Assembly: GCF_018336915.1 (NCBI RefSeq) | Contig: NZ_CP064923.1 | Coordinates: 4,290,001-4,322,000 of the forward strand | Length of the DNA stretch: 32,000 bases | Direction: 5' to 3' | Source of the DNA: Acaryochloris marina S15 | GTDB lineage: Bacteria; Cyanobacteriota; Cyanobacteriia; Thermosynechococcales; Thermosynechococcaceae | Shown: piece by piece, positions 8,053 through 15,985 of the stretch | Layout of the letters: every line of letters starts with the position of its first letter | Position numbering within the stretch: position 1 is the stretch's first letter | The notes under the pieces: generated by a model | Database searches by the model: none | Seen by the model: the letters and a program-made list of their open reading frames with translations, nothing else | Told to the model about the DNA's origin: nothing | Made by a program: the position numbers and the translations under genes

Positions 8053-8835
8053 CTAAGACTCATGCACAAAGGTGGGATTCGCTGGTTCAGGTGTAATCAG
8101 CCCATCTTCTACATAGACCACCCGATCGGCGATATCCATAATCCGAGGGTCATGGGTCACCATTAGGACCGTGCAGCCTTCTTCCTTAGCTAATTTACGT
8201 AGTAGTTCCATGATGGTATGGCCCCGCTGAGAGTCAAGGGCAGCGGTGGGTTCATCCGCCAGAATCAGCTTGGGATTTCCGGCTAACGCCCTTGCGATCG
8301 CAACCCGTTGCTTTTGCCCTCCAGACAAATCCCGTGGCAGACTTCGAGTTTTATCCGCTAGCCCTACTTGTCTAAGCAACTTGATCGATTGCTTCTTCGC
8401 CGCCCGACCGCGAATCCCCTTTAAATTCAGAGTGGCTTCAATATTCTCCGCCGCAGTTAGGGCAGGAAAAAGATTAAACCCCTGAAAAATAAAGCCGATA
8501 TTCTGCAAGCGAAACTTGGAAAGCTTATGGCGAGATAGCCCCAAAATGTTTTGCCCCAATAAGGAAACCTCCCCACCTGTGGGCGTTAGGATACCTCCTA
8601 ATATGGATAGCAACGTTGTTTTACCAGACCCTGACGGCCCCATCAGCAATTCGACATCCCCGGTTTTAATTTCTAGATCAATGCCTTTCAAAACTTTGAA
8701 CTGCTGATCGCCAACATGGAATGTCATTTCGACGCCCTTGGCCTGAATGGCAGGCGTGGCAAGATCACCAGCAGTATCAGGAGAAGAGGTCATTAATGTC
8801 ATCGGTTGAGGTTTTTGGCGAAAAGCAAGTTGCAT
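8053..8835 (-). CDS. devA: ABC transporter ATP-binding protein, DevA/MacB-type exporter ATPase
   Basis: Walker A GPSGSGKTT, Q-loop, signature LSGGQKQRVAIARAL, Walker B LILADEPTAALD and H-loop MVTHD. It sits immediately downstream of a DevC-type permease gene. Confidence 0.9.
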   Translation of the reverse strand: MQLAFRQKPQPMTLMTSSPDTAGDLATPAIQAKGVEMTFHVGDQQFKVLKGIDLEIKTGDVELLMGPSGSGKTTLLSILGGILTPTGGEVSLLGQNILGLSRHKLSKFRLQNIGFIFQGFNLFPALTAAENIEATLNLKGIRGRAAKKQSIKLLRQVGLADKTRSLPRDLSGGQKQRVAIARALAGNPKLILADEPTAALDSQRGHTIMELLRKLAKEEGCTVLMVTHDPRIMDIADRVVYVEDGLITPEPANPTFVHES

Positions 8836-8896
8836 CAGGTGTATCTAATCCTCTTAACAGGTTTCCCAGTTGAGTCAGTATTGTTTATGCGTTAGC

Positions 8897-10072
8897 TCAC
8901 GACTTAAAGACGAGGGCTGGATCGAGTCGAGTCACCTTTTGAATGGCAAAGATAGCTGCGCCACTACACATGGCTACAGTGACAACAAAAACCCCGGCTG
9001 CCGTTGCTGGACTAATCAAAATTTGAATCGCTTGAGCCTGAATCGTCCAAGCTCCTAAGCCCAAACAAAGCCCCATACCGGGCAAATAACCCAACACCGC
9101 CATCCACAGCGCCTGCTCTAAAATGACGCGATAGATATACCAGTCTGACGATCCCATCGCCTTCATAGTGCCAAACTCCCGCAGATGGTCCGTAACCGAG
9201 GAATAGAGAATCTGGCCCACCACGACGGTTCCAACCACAATGCCCACCACTGCGCCTAAGCCCAAGATGTAGCCGACCCCTGTACTCTGCTGCCAATAGG
9301 TTTGGGTTAATTCGGTTAGCTCAGTTTGGGTGAAGGCTTTGGTGCCGGGTAGAGCTTCTTCTAGACGATTTTTAAGGGCTTGTAGGTTTTCTGTGGGTGC
9401 GGCTTTGATCAGAATATAGGTAATCCGATTTTGATCCGTTAAATCCGGCGGGTCCGGTGGGGTTTTGTCCGGGGTGGCAATCGGCGAATTCAGATAAGCC
9501 GTGGCATTCGGTAAAGACGTAAAAATATAAGGACTCGCCACAATGGAGCGGGTGCCGGTCGTAATCCCTTTTATCTCTCCTTCATAGGAGCCAATTTCAG
9601 CTCGATCGCCGACTTCTGACACATCCAGGAGTTTGAGATCGGCTTGATCCACAAAGATTTTATAGGGCTGCTGGATATCCTTCAGCGTCCCTTCTAATAG
9701 GGTGCGCGGTCGAAACAGGGTATCTTCAGGGTCAAAACCAATAATCCGAATCGGCGCAATCTGATTCGACTTATCTCGCCACACGGTGGATTGGGCAATC
9801 AGTGGTTCTGCCCGCTCCACTCCTTCTACCTCTTTCGCTTCAGCCAGCTGTTTATATTCCAAAGGTAGGGTCAAGGCAAAATGGCGTAGCTCTTCGGAGG
9901 TCACCCAGATATCTGCATCCGCATTTTCGATCAGTACGGTGGAAGAACGAGTAAATCCATTGAGGATACCTATTTGAATAGTGACTAACCCAACGGAAAA
10001 CATGATGCCCGCCTGGGCCACAATAAAGCGCGGTAGGTCTTGGAATAAATTTTTGCGGGCGATAGAAACCAT
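8897..10072 (-). CDS. devC: ABC exporter permease, DevC family (FtsX/MacB-like)
   Basis: N-terminal ARKNLFQDLPRFIVAQAGIMFSVGLVTIQ TM segment and a large periplasmic domain. The C-terminal FtsX-type helices include EFGTMKAMGSSDWYIYRVILEQAL. Arrangement is an operon with devA. Confidence 0.85.
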   Translation of the reverse strand: MVSIARKNLFQDLPRFIVAQAGIMFSVGLVTIQIGILNGFTRSSTVLIENADADIWVTSEELRHFALTLPLEYKQLAEAKEVEGVERAEPLIAQSTVWRDKSNQIAPIRIIGFDPEDTLFRPRTLLEGTLKDIQQPYKIFVDQADLKLLDVSEVGDRAEIGSYEGEIKGITTGTRSIVASPYIFTSLPNATAYLNSPIATPDKTPPDPPDLTDQNRITYILIKAAPTENLQALKNRLEEALPGTKAFTQTELTELTQTYWQQSTGVGYILGLGAVVGIVVGTVVVGQILYSSVTDHLREFGTMKAMGSSDWYIYRVILEQALWMAVLGYLPGMGLCLGLGAWTIQAQAIQILISPATAAGVFVVTVAMCSGAAIFAIQKVTRLDPALVFKS

Positions 10073-10503
10073 TAGTTTACGTCGGGGGGAGATTTAGGGA
10101 GCAATGGCTCACCAGTGGACTTAAATCATCTCAATTAGGTGGAAGCAAACTCTTTTTTCACACCTAATCAGTATAAGCATGATTACCTAAGCCTACAGAA
10201 CTTTGCTGAGAGCTATCTGAAAAGAAGCCGGGTTTACGCTGTAATTTTCAACTCACAACCGCAGCATCAGATGTGCTAAGTCTTAATGTCTAGATGGGAG
10301 ACTGAATCCTTGACTGATATTGCGGGTATTAGGTTCTCTTCCGTGAAATAAGACATGAGAAAATCCAAATGCTACATTTTCCAATAACAAGGTTAAAAAG
10401 AGAGGCAAAAATCTCAGAAAGCTCTATTTCACAGATACAACGCTTTGTATGACCATAGATCAAAGTACGAATGTAGAGGATGACTCACATCGCAATTTAA
10501 TGA

Positions 10504-10794
10504 ATGCGATTGACGTTGTGTATCGCAGTATTGATGAAGCGAAAAACTAGAAAAATCATTGTTGATGGTACTGAGTACCAGTGGATGGTAGAGGAACTCA
10601 TGTGGCCAGACCATGAAGTCCGAATCTGGTGTGAGAGCTTCGGGAAGCGGCTATGGTGCACGGTTAAATTTGCCGAGATTGGTCTTGTTATTCGCCCTTC
10701 ATCAGTTGACAAAATCATTCGATACGCGAATGAGCAGATCCCAACAGATGCTAGTAGTGCTACCCAGTTTGATTGGATAGAGTGTTTTAGATAA
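10504..10794 (+). CDS. Hypothetical small protein; the start may be the internal ATG at 10534 (MKRKTRKIIVDG...)
   Basis: ORF only. It overlaps an opposite-strand ORF (10497..10868). I prefer the + strand for its more protein-like composition and for sharing orientation with the neighbouring cassettes. Confidence 0.35.
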   Translation: MRLTLCIAVLMKRKTRKIIVDGTEYQWMVEELMWPDHEVRIWCESFGKRLWCTVKFAEIGLVIRPSSVDKIIRYANEQIPTDASSATQFDWIECFR

Positions 10795-10916
10795 CAGCTC
10801 ATAGAGACGAACCTATTAATAACAAGTGGATATAGCCAAGTCGAGAGAGGTTTGATGGGGTTAAACACTCACCACCTGTAGACAGCTGATCCTAGACACC
10901 ATAACCAGAAAGGCTT

Positions 10917-11447
10917 ATGACACTTAAAGCAAATTTTGAACTGATGGCGGAGTACAACCAGTGGATGAATAACAGTATCTATTCGGCTGCTTCGCAACTG
11001 AGCGCTTCCGACCTTGCAGAAAATCGCGGAGCGTTCTTCGGGTCCATCATCGGAACGCTTAACCACATTCTGGTAGGGGACACAATCTGGCTGAAACGCT
11101 TTGCTGAACATCCAGCTCAACTCAAATCACTGGAGCACTTTCGCAAGGTGGAGCTGCCAAATGCCCTAGATTCAATCTTGCACGAAAACTTTGAAGAATT
11201 ACGCCAGTCCCGGCTAAAGATGGATCACCTCATTAGAGAGTTTTCTAGCGAATTGACAGACGTCGTTCTTTTATCCTCGCTATCCTATAAAAATACCAAG
11301 GGTGAACCATTTAAGAAAAATATGGGAGCTTTGGTACAACATTTTTTCAACCATCAAACCCATCATCGTGGTCAGGTCACTACGCTTTTAAATCAGGTTG
11401 GGATAGACGTTGGCGTGACTGATCTCTTGGTCCGTATTCCAAGTTGA
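10917..11447 (+). CDS. DinB family protein (four-helix-bundle metal-binding, DinB/YfiT-like)
   Basis: YNQWMN, GTLNHILVGDTIWLKRF and HFFNHQTHHRGQVTTLL, which is the characteristic His triad spacing. Confidence 0.85.
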   Translation: MTLKANFELMAEYNQWMNNSIYSAASQLSASDLAENRGAFFGSIIGTLNHILVGDTIWLKRFAEHPAQLKSLEHFRKVELPNALDSILHENFEELRQSRLKMDHLIREFSSELTDVVLLSSLSYKNTKGEPFKKNMGALVQHFFNHQTHHRGQVTTLLNQVGIDVGVTDLLVRIPS

Positions 11448-11508
11448 TCAAATATAAATATATGCGGGTGTTAGTAAGCATTTGAAAGGCTTTCCGTACT
11501 GATGGAGT

Positions 11509-12327
11509 GTGAAACAGTCAAGCCTTACATTGTCAGACAGTTCATACAGATGGGATGTGACATCCACCCATATCTTGAATACCGTCACCCGTTATGGGGA
11601 ATCACCCCTAATAATAGCTATGTCGAAAAAGTATATTGAGGTTGTTGGAGAAGGATCTTACCAGGAATGTCCTGAGCAAGTCGTTCTTGATGTGGAGCTT
11701 TCAGTTCGATCAGCTAAAGAAGAAAGTGCGGGTAAAGGAAATAGGAAAATTGCAGATGCTCTAGTGAATGAGCTGCTTGAAAGTGGCTTAACTAAAAAGG
11801 AAATTTATTTTGGTGGGCGAGAGTCCTTTGTTCCGTGGTGGAAGCGAAAAAAAGCTGGTCAGGAAACTCGGACGAAGATTACTATCATTTCTTCCAGGCG
11901 AGAGCTTGTCTATCAGGCGACTGAGCAGATTAATCGTTACATAGATAACAAGCGAATTACCGTTGAGGTCTCCGAGAGACAACCTGTCTATAAAGCCCCT
12001 GAGGATGCTGAGTTTGAGGCATTAGAAGCAGCACTAAAAAATGCAAGGGAAAAGGCTGTACATCTAGCTCAATCGGCTTCTTGTGTTCTGGGAGAAGTCC
12101 TAGAAATTGAAGAGTGGAAGAGGAACACCCGTAGTTCCGGTAGCTATGGTGACCCAGATTGGTGGGGTGATTCCGGTGCAATGATGGGTGCGGCAGGTTC
12201 TGCCGGTTTTGATGACGAGCCAGCAAGTTATCTACAAGGGAGCAATAGAACGGTATATGTCAAGCTGAGGGTTCGCTATGAGATCAAACCAGCAGTGCCA
12301 TATAGGTCGATCTTCAATCGAGGCTAA
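11509..12327 (+). CDS. SIMPL-domain (DUF541-like) protein; start uncertain (GTG 11509 or ATG 11620, MSKKYIEVVGEG)
   Basis: IEVVGEGSYQECPEQVVLDVELSVRS and later EAALKNAREKAVHLAQSASCVLGEVLEIEE fit the SIMPL pattern (V.G.G...v.PD.a...v.v, then A..A...A..lA...G..lG.v..I.E). No signal peptide. The first 37 codons overlap a repeated element. Confidence 0.6.
   Translation: MKQSSLTLSDSSYRWDVTSTHILNTVTRYGESPLIIAMSKKYIEVVGEGSYQECPEQVVLDVELSVRSAKEESAGKGNRKIADALVNELLESGLTKKEIYFGGRESFVPWWKRKKAGQETRTKITIISSRRELVYQATEQINRYIDNKRITVEVSERQPVYKAPEDAEFEALEAALKNAREKAVHLAQSASCVLGEVLEIEEWKRNTRSSGSYGDPDWWGDSGAMMGAAGSAGFDDEPASYLQGSNRTVYVKLRVRYEIKPAVPYRSIFNRG
11541..11622 (+). repeat. Cassette-junction repeat, copy A (most complete)
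   Basis: 11547..11598 matches 13229..13280 at 45 of 52 nt. The tail ggggaatcacccctaataatagctatg aligns loosely with sequence right of the IS (14777..14800) and with 7971..8001. Confidence 0.75.
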
Positions 12328-12496
12328 TGATGTTTAGAGGCGATATTTGATCACTATATTTGCTTGCACCTGGCCTAGGCCTACAAACGAATACTCGATA
12401 AACAAACTACTTGTCTCTTCGGTTTGCACTCATGCTAGCAAGGCCATTCGTTAAGCTAAGGTTACCATCTAACAAAATCTTGAAACGCCCACCTTC

Positions 12497-13105
12497 ATGG
12501 AATTGTTAATCTCTTCACTGGAAAAAATCTTGGATGTTTGGAAACAAGATAGAGCAGATTTTATTGAGCTTCTTCAACCAGGCCTCAATATTCAAGACAT
12601 TCAACAATATGTGTCTAATCTGCCATTTCAATTACCTCAAGAAGTTTATCAGCTCTATCATTGGCGAAATGGTGTTCAGATTCTAGAATTCCACGATATT
12701 TCACTTGATTTTATCCCCGGCTTTTGGTTTTTACCATTGGCAGAGACACTCAAGACATATAAGCATTTAAAGGAGTTCAAGAAAAACTGCACTTTTTTAA
12801 AAGACAAAGCCTACCATCGGCCATGGTTTCCTATCTTGAGCAGCGATTTAGGATACTTTCTAGTTCTTGGTGATAGAAATACGTTTATATCCTCTCCTGT
12901 ATTCTTTTTAAGCTGGAATAGCGGAGATTTAACCTTTGAAACTAGATATCCTAGCTTAACTAGCATGATGACCGTAATTGCAGAGTGCTATGAGTCAGGT
13001 GCTTACTACTTTGAGACAAAGGTGATGGATCAATTTGGCACTATTGTTGAATTTTTAGAAGAGGATCCACAAGAAGCTTCTAGAATTAGACTTAAGTATT
13101 TATAA
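12497..13105 (+). CDS. SMI1/KNR4 (SUKH-1) family protein
   Basis: PGLNIQDIQQYVSNLPFQLPQEVYQLYHWRNGV matches the canonical SMI1_KNR4 N-terminal motif (s.eeI...E..l...LP.dy..ly...NG). Later W.P, GD and ECYESGAYY segments also fit. The gene is AT-rich compared with its flanks. Confidence 0.75.
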   Translation: MELLISSLEKILDVWKQDRADFIELLQPGLNIQDIQQYVSNLPFQLPQEVYQLYHWRNGVQILEFHDISLDFIPGFWFLPLAETLKTYKHLKEFKKNCTFLKDKAYHRPWFPILSSDLGYFLVLGDRNTFISSPVFFLSWNSGDLTFETRYPSLTSMMTVIAECYESGAYYFETKVMDQFGTIVEFLEEDPQEASRIRLKYL

Positions 13106-13221
13106 GATGCTGCTTGACGCCTCGCCAAAGTGCTCACTAGTTTGTGCTTAGAAGTAGATATTAATATTGCTCATTTGTGCGGGTGGACATTAGGTTATTG
13201 GCGCCCAGATGAATATAGGAA

Positions 13222-13280
13222 TTCATAACAGATGGGATGCGACATTCACCTATATCTTGAATACTGCCACCCTTCATGGG
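13222..13280 (+). repeat. Cassette-junction repeat, copy B; left part, cut by the IS, with the remainder at 14771..14800
   Basis: See copy A. The repeat ends exactly at the left inverted repeat of the IS. Confidence 0.75.
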
Positions 13281-14707
13281 CTACGGTGTACACATAAGTC
13301 GGTTTTGAGCTATTTCCCATGCAAAGAACATCGTCTCAAACCGTTTTAGGCCATGGGTTAGCGTTGCTGTGCCTGGAGGTCTTTGAGACTGATACCCCTT
13401 CCATCCACCCAGGCGGGCAACAATCCAAGTTGCCCAGGCCAAGGAGTTAATCGGATAAGGATTTTGTAGCTTTGTAGTTTTACCTTGGACTGTGGGGGCA
13501 ATTTGTTTCAGGTATTGCTGCTGTTCATCGGTAAAAGTGATAGATGCAGGCCATTGTGGCTCGTCTCGTCCTTCCACCATTTGCAATGTCGCAATCGCAA
13601 CCGATAAGGCTAAGACGGTGAGGCGCTGAATTGCTTCACCCGATTCGAGTTGCGTCGATTCAAGATCTAACCCCGTCTTCTTGAGTTGCGCGAAAAGCCG
13701 CTCAATTCTCCACCTGAATTTGTACCATTCCAGAATTTGTAGCGCTTGCTCAAGGGATTCCACCGTGTGAGTGGTCAATAAGCGCCAATGAATCGGGTTC
13801 TGACCTTTGGGCGTTGTCTGTTCTACCGCTTCGATGGCATACAGTTGAATACTCGGTGGATAGTCCAATTCCTTCAAATGTTCAGGTCGTTGAATTTTGA
13901 CTGGAGCACAGCGGATCAGTAGCTTTGCATCTCTAGCCATCCGCTGAGTACGGGATTCGTACTCAATCGTAATCGTGGTAAATCCAATCCCCCACCGTGA
14001 TTTGAGATATCCATAGAGTGATTTGGATTGACCTAGCAGACGACGGTCTTGACGAACCCTGACTAGGAGATGATTGAATGCATCGGGAACCGTTGCCCAC
14101 TCTTCATATAAGTCCGATTCTCGGTCACCGATATGAGTGACCAGGCTAGCCCCTCCTGTCTTCAGACAGTGTTGACTTCGCTCAGCAGATGCTAACCATT
14201 TGAAGGATTCTTTCTCCTCAATCGGCAGGTTTTGATATCCTCCTCTATCTTTGACGGTTGGACGATTCGGGTCCCGAGTCCACAGTTGAAGTGCACTCAA
14301 TCCTAACGGGAAACCAGTCCCTGCATCTAAGGCGAGGGTCGGGTGAATAAAAAAGCCCACATCGCGATCATTGCCGACAACACCCAACTCTTCTAGCTTT
14401 AAGCGTCCTGAATGAGATTGTAAGTTGACCTCACTTGTATCACTGACGGCTAAAACGTGTCGTCCTTTGACTTGTTGCTGGCAGTGGTCACAGAGGCTTT
14501 TGACCAACTCAGATATGGACACGTTTTCATTCTCTAAGAAGCGATAGAAGCCCACTTGCTCTGCGCGACCTTGGCTGATTTGACGGATGCTTACGCTCTG
14601 ATGGTGATGAATGGCATCGAATAATGAAGCCCCCTTTTGAGCAAACGAAGGTCGCCAAAGGTAGTTCCATTAATCAGTTCTTCGTGCACCAAAATAGGAT
14701 TTTCCAT
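13281..14707 (-). pseudogene. IS4-family DDE transposase in two frames, with a frameshift at an A4G5 tract
   Basis: From ATG 14707 the frame reads MENPILVHEELINGTTFGDLRLLKRG and stops at 14591. The -1 frame continues as ASLFDAIHHHQSVSIRQISQGRAEQVGFYRFLENENV into the tracked 13281..14555 ORF. The shift maps to ccccctttt at 14630..14638 on the + strand. Confidence 0.8.
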
Positions 14708-14770
14708 ATCTATGAGGATGCTCTATACGACTTCACTACAGTCTAATTCAGACTTGTGTGTACACCGTAG
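13281..14770 (-). mobile_element. IS4-family insertion sequence, 1490 bp
   Basis: Terminal inverted repeats are ctacggtgtacacataagtc (13281..13300) and gacttgtgtgtacaccgtag (14751..14770), matching at 19 of 20. The encoded DDE transposase has the YREK signature (YKFRWRIERLFAQLKK). The flanking 10-mers ccttcatggg and ccatactggg match at only 7 of 10. Confidence 0.85.
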
Positions 14771-14851
14771 CCATACTGGGGTATCGAATCTGTAATCGCC
14801 AACTTCTTTTCCGTCGGCCGCGATTATCGCCTATTCACAGTACTCGCTGGT

Positions 14852-15265
14852 GTGCACAGCCACAACGATGATGTGCCCGTACTTTTCGTACCCCGAGGCT
14901 TACCCGAAGACATATCACAATATATTCACGAGCAGTTTTACGCCGAAATCATTCCCGATGATGCCGATGACCAGAGGAAAAACCTCATGCATGAATGGTG
15001 CTATGAGTCCGATGCCAAGCACTATGTCGCTAAACATAATGCTCATATCAAAGAGTACAAGGATGGCCGTCGTTACGTTTCAGATCCCAACTGGCACCAT
15101 GCCAGCCATTTGACTCGCAATGAAATAATGGATGCCTGCAAACACGCTGGATATGATTTGTCGGATGCGCCGGACGAATTTCAAATGGTAATGGACTTCA
15201 TGCAATCCATTGATGATCGGTTCAGTAATGACGCTTCAAGGATGGTGTTTTGGTTTGATAATTGA
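14852..15265 (+). CDS. Hypothetical acidic protein, probably the 3' part of a gene split by the IS; the frame is open from 14771
   Basis: ORF only. The reading frame is open from the first base after the IS (14771). It is in phase with a short ORF (ATG 13209..13280) that ends at the last base before the IS. Confidence 0.5.
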   Translation: MHSHNDDVPVLFVPRGLPEDISQYIHEQFYAEIIPDDADDQRKNLMHEWCYESDAKHYVAKHNAHIKEYKDGRRYVSDPNWHHASHLTRNEIMDACKHAGYDLSDAPDEFQMVMDFMQSIDDRFSNDASRMVFWFDN

Positions 15266-15481
15266 ATCTGGAAAAACAACCCAACGACCAGATGAACCAA
15301 AACACATTGCACATTCTCTCCCTTCAACAACATCAGCTTCCAGCCCAGTTATCCTAACCGTTAGGCTGCAAGTTGCAACAAGCACACGCTCATTTGGAAA
15401 GTGGGAACGATATGGGCAAAGCGGTTGTTGATCATCTCTAAACATCGAATCCCTTTTGAGTAAATAATAGTTAGGTATCAC

Positions 15482-15985
15482 TTGCATCTACCCATGACTG
15501 AGTCGCCTCGAAATCTTCTCCCGCTATGGGATTATGGTTGGTGTGAGCACGAACACGTTTCACTTCCTCGTTGCCAGTCTCCACAGGACATCATCCGAGA
15601 GTATCGGCTTAGTGAGGTCTTCGGCAATAGTTTCGTCGGCCCAGAACCATCACAAACACCAGAGCTTCACGGTCCATTCCCGAGTTCTTTGATTTCGGAT
15701 TCCGATTTTGAGTTAATTACACCCAAGCGTTTTCAAGAGCTGATTGCAGCCATACCTGAAACTTCAGGTTTCACAGAGCCTCCCACTAACGATCAGTGGC
15801 AATCGGTTCAGCGTCTTGCATCAAAAGTGAGTAGCCGCCATACATGGTTGTTCTGTCTTTGTTTAACTGAAGATGACAAAAAGTGTTTCCATGATTGGGG
15901 TTTTGTACTCACGATTTTTCGGGAGTTTATCTGCGCAAGTCCAGATACCGACTTGGCGGAGCGTTTAGTTTTTGGTTATGACTGA
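15482..15985 (+). CDS. Hypothetical acidic protein; likely start is ATG 15494 (MTESPRN...)
   Basis: ORF only, with no motif I recognise. Same strand and size class as the neighbouring cassettes. Confidence 0.45.
   Translation: MHLPMTESPRNLLPLWDYGWCEHEHVSLPRCQSPQDIIREYRLSEVFGNSFVGPEPSQTPELHGPFPSSLISDSDFELITPKRFQELIAAIPETSGFTEPPTNDQWQSVQRLASKVSSRHTWLFCLCLTEDDKKCFHDWGFVLTIFREFICASPDTDLAERLVFGYD

Noticed and set aside
7969-8166. 65-aa + strand ORF beginning in the junction-repeat copy (MGYQFSRP...)
   Set aside because: Most of it is antisense to the conserved 3' end of devA. It is likely just the repeat's embedded start-like codon reading into the opposite strand. It remains notable only as evidence that a cassette may have been truncated there.
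8246-9977. Several 60-95 aa ORFs on both strands within devA and devC
   Set aside because: They are shadow ORFs of two strongly supported ABC genes.
10497-10868. 123-aa minus-strand ORF overlapping the 10504..10794 + ORF
   Set aside because: It is mutually exclusive with the + strand ORF. Its sequence is Ser/Ile/His-rich without motifs and it is oriented against the surrounding cassettes. Neither ORF is strongly supported.
14850-15113. 87-aa + ORF in an alternative frame to 14852..15265
   Set aside because: Its Met/Pro/Thr-rich sequence looks like an off-frame reading of the longer ORF, which also continues in phase across the IS junction.
15210-15487. ORFs 15210..15431 (+) and 15236..15487 (-) in the spacer between two cassettes
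   Set aside because: They overlap each other and the neighbouring gene ends and have no motifs. The spacer more plausibly holds a degenerate junction element.
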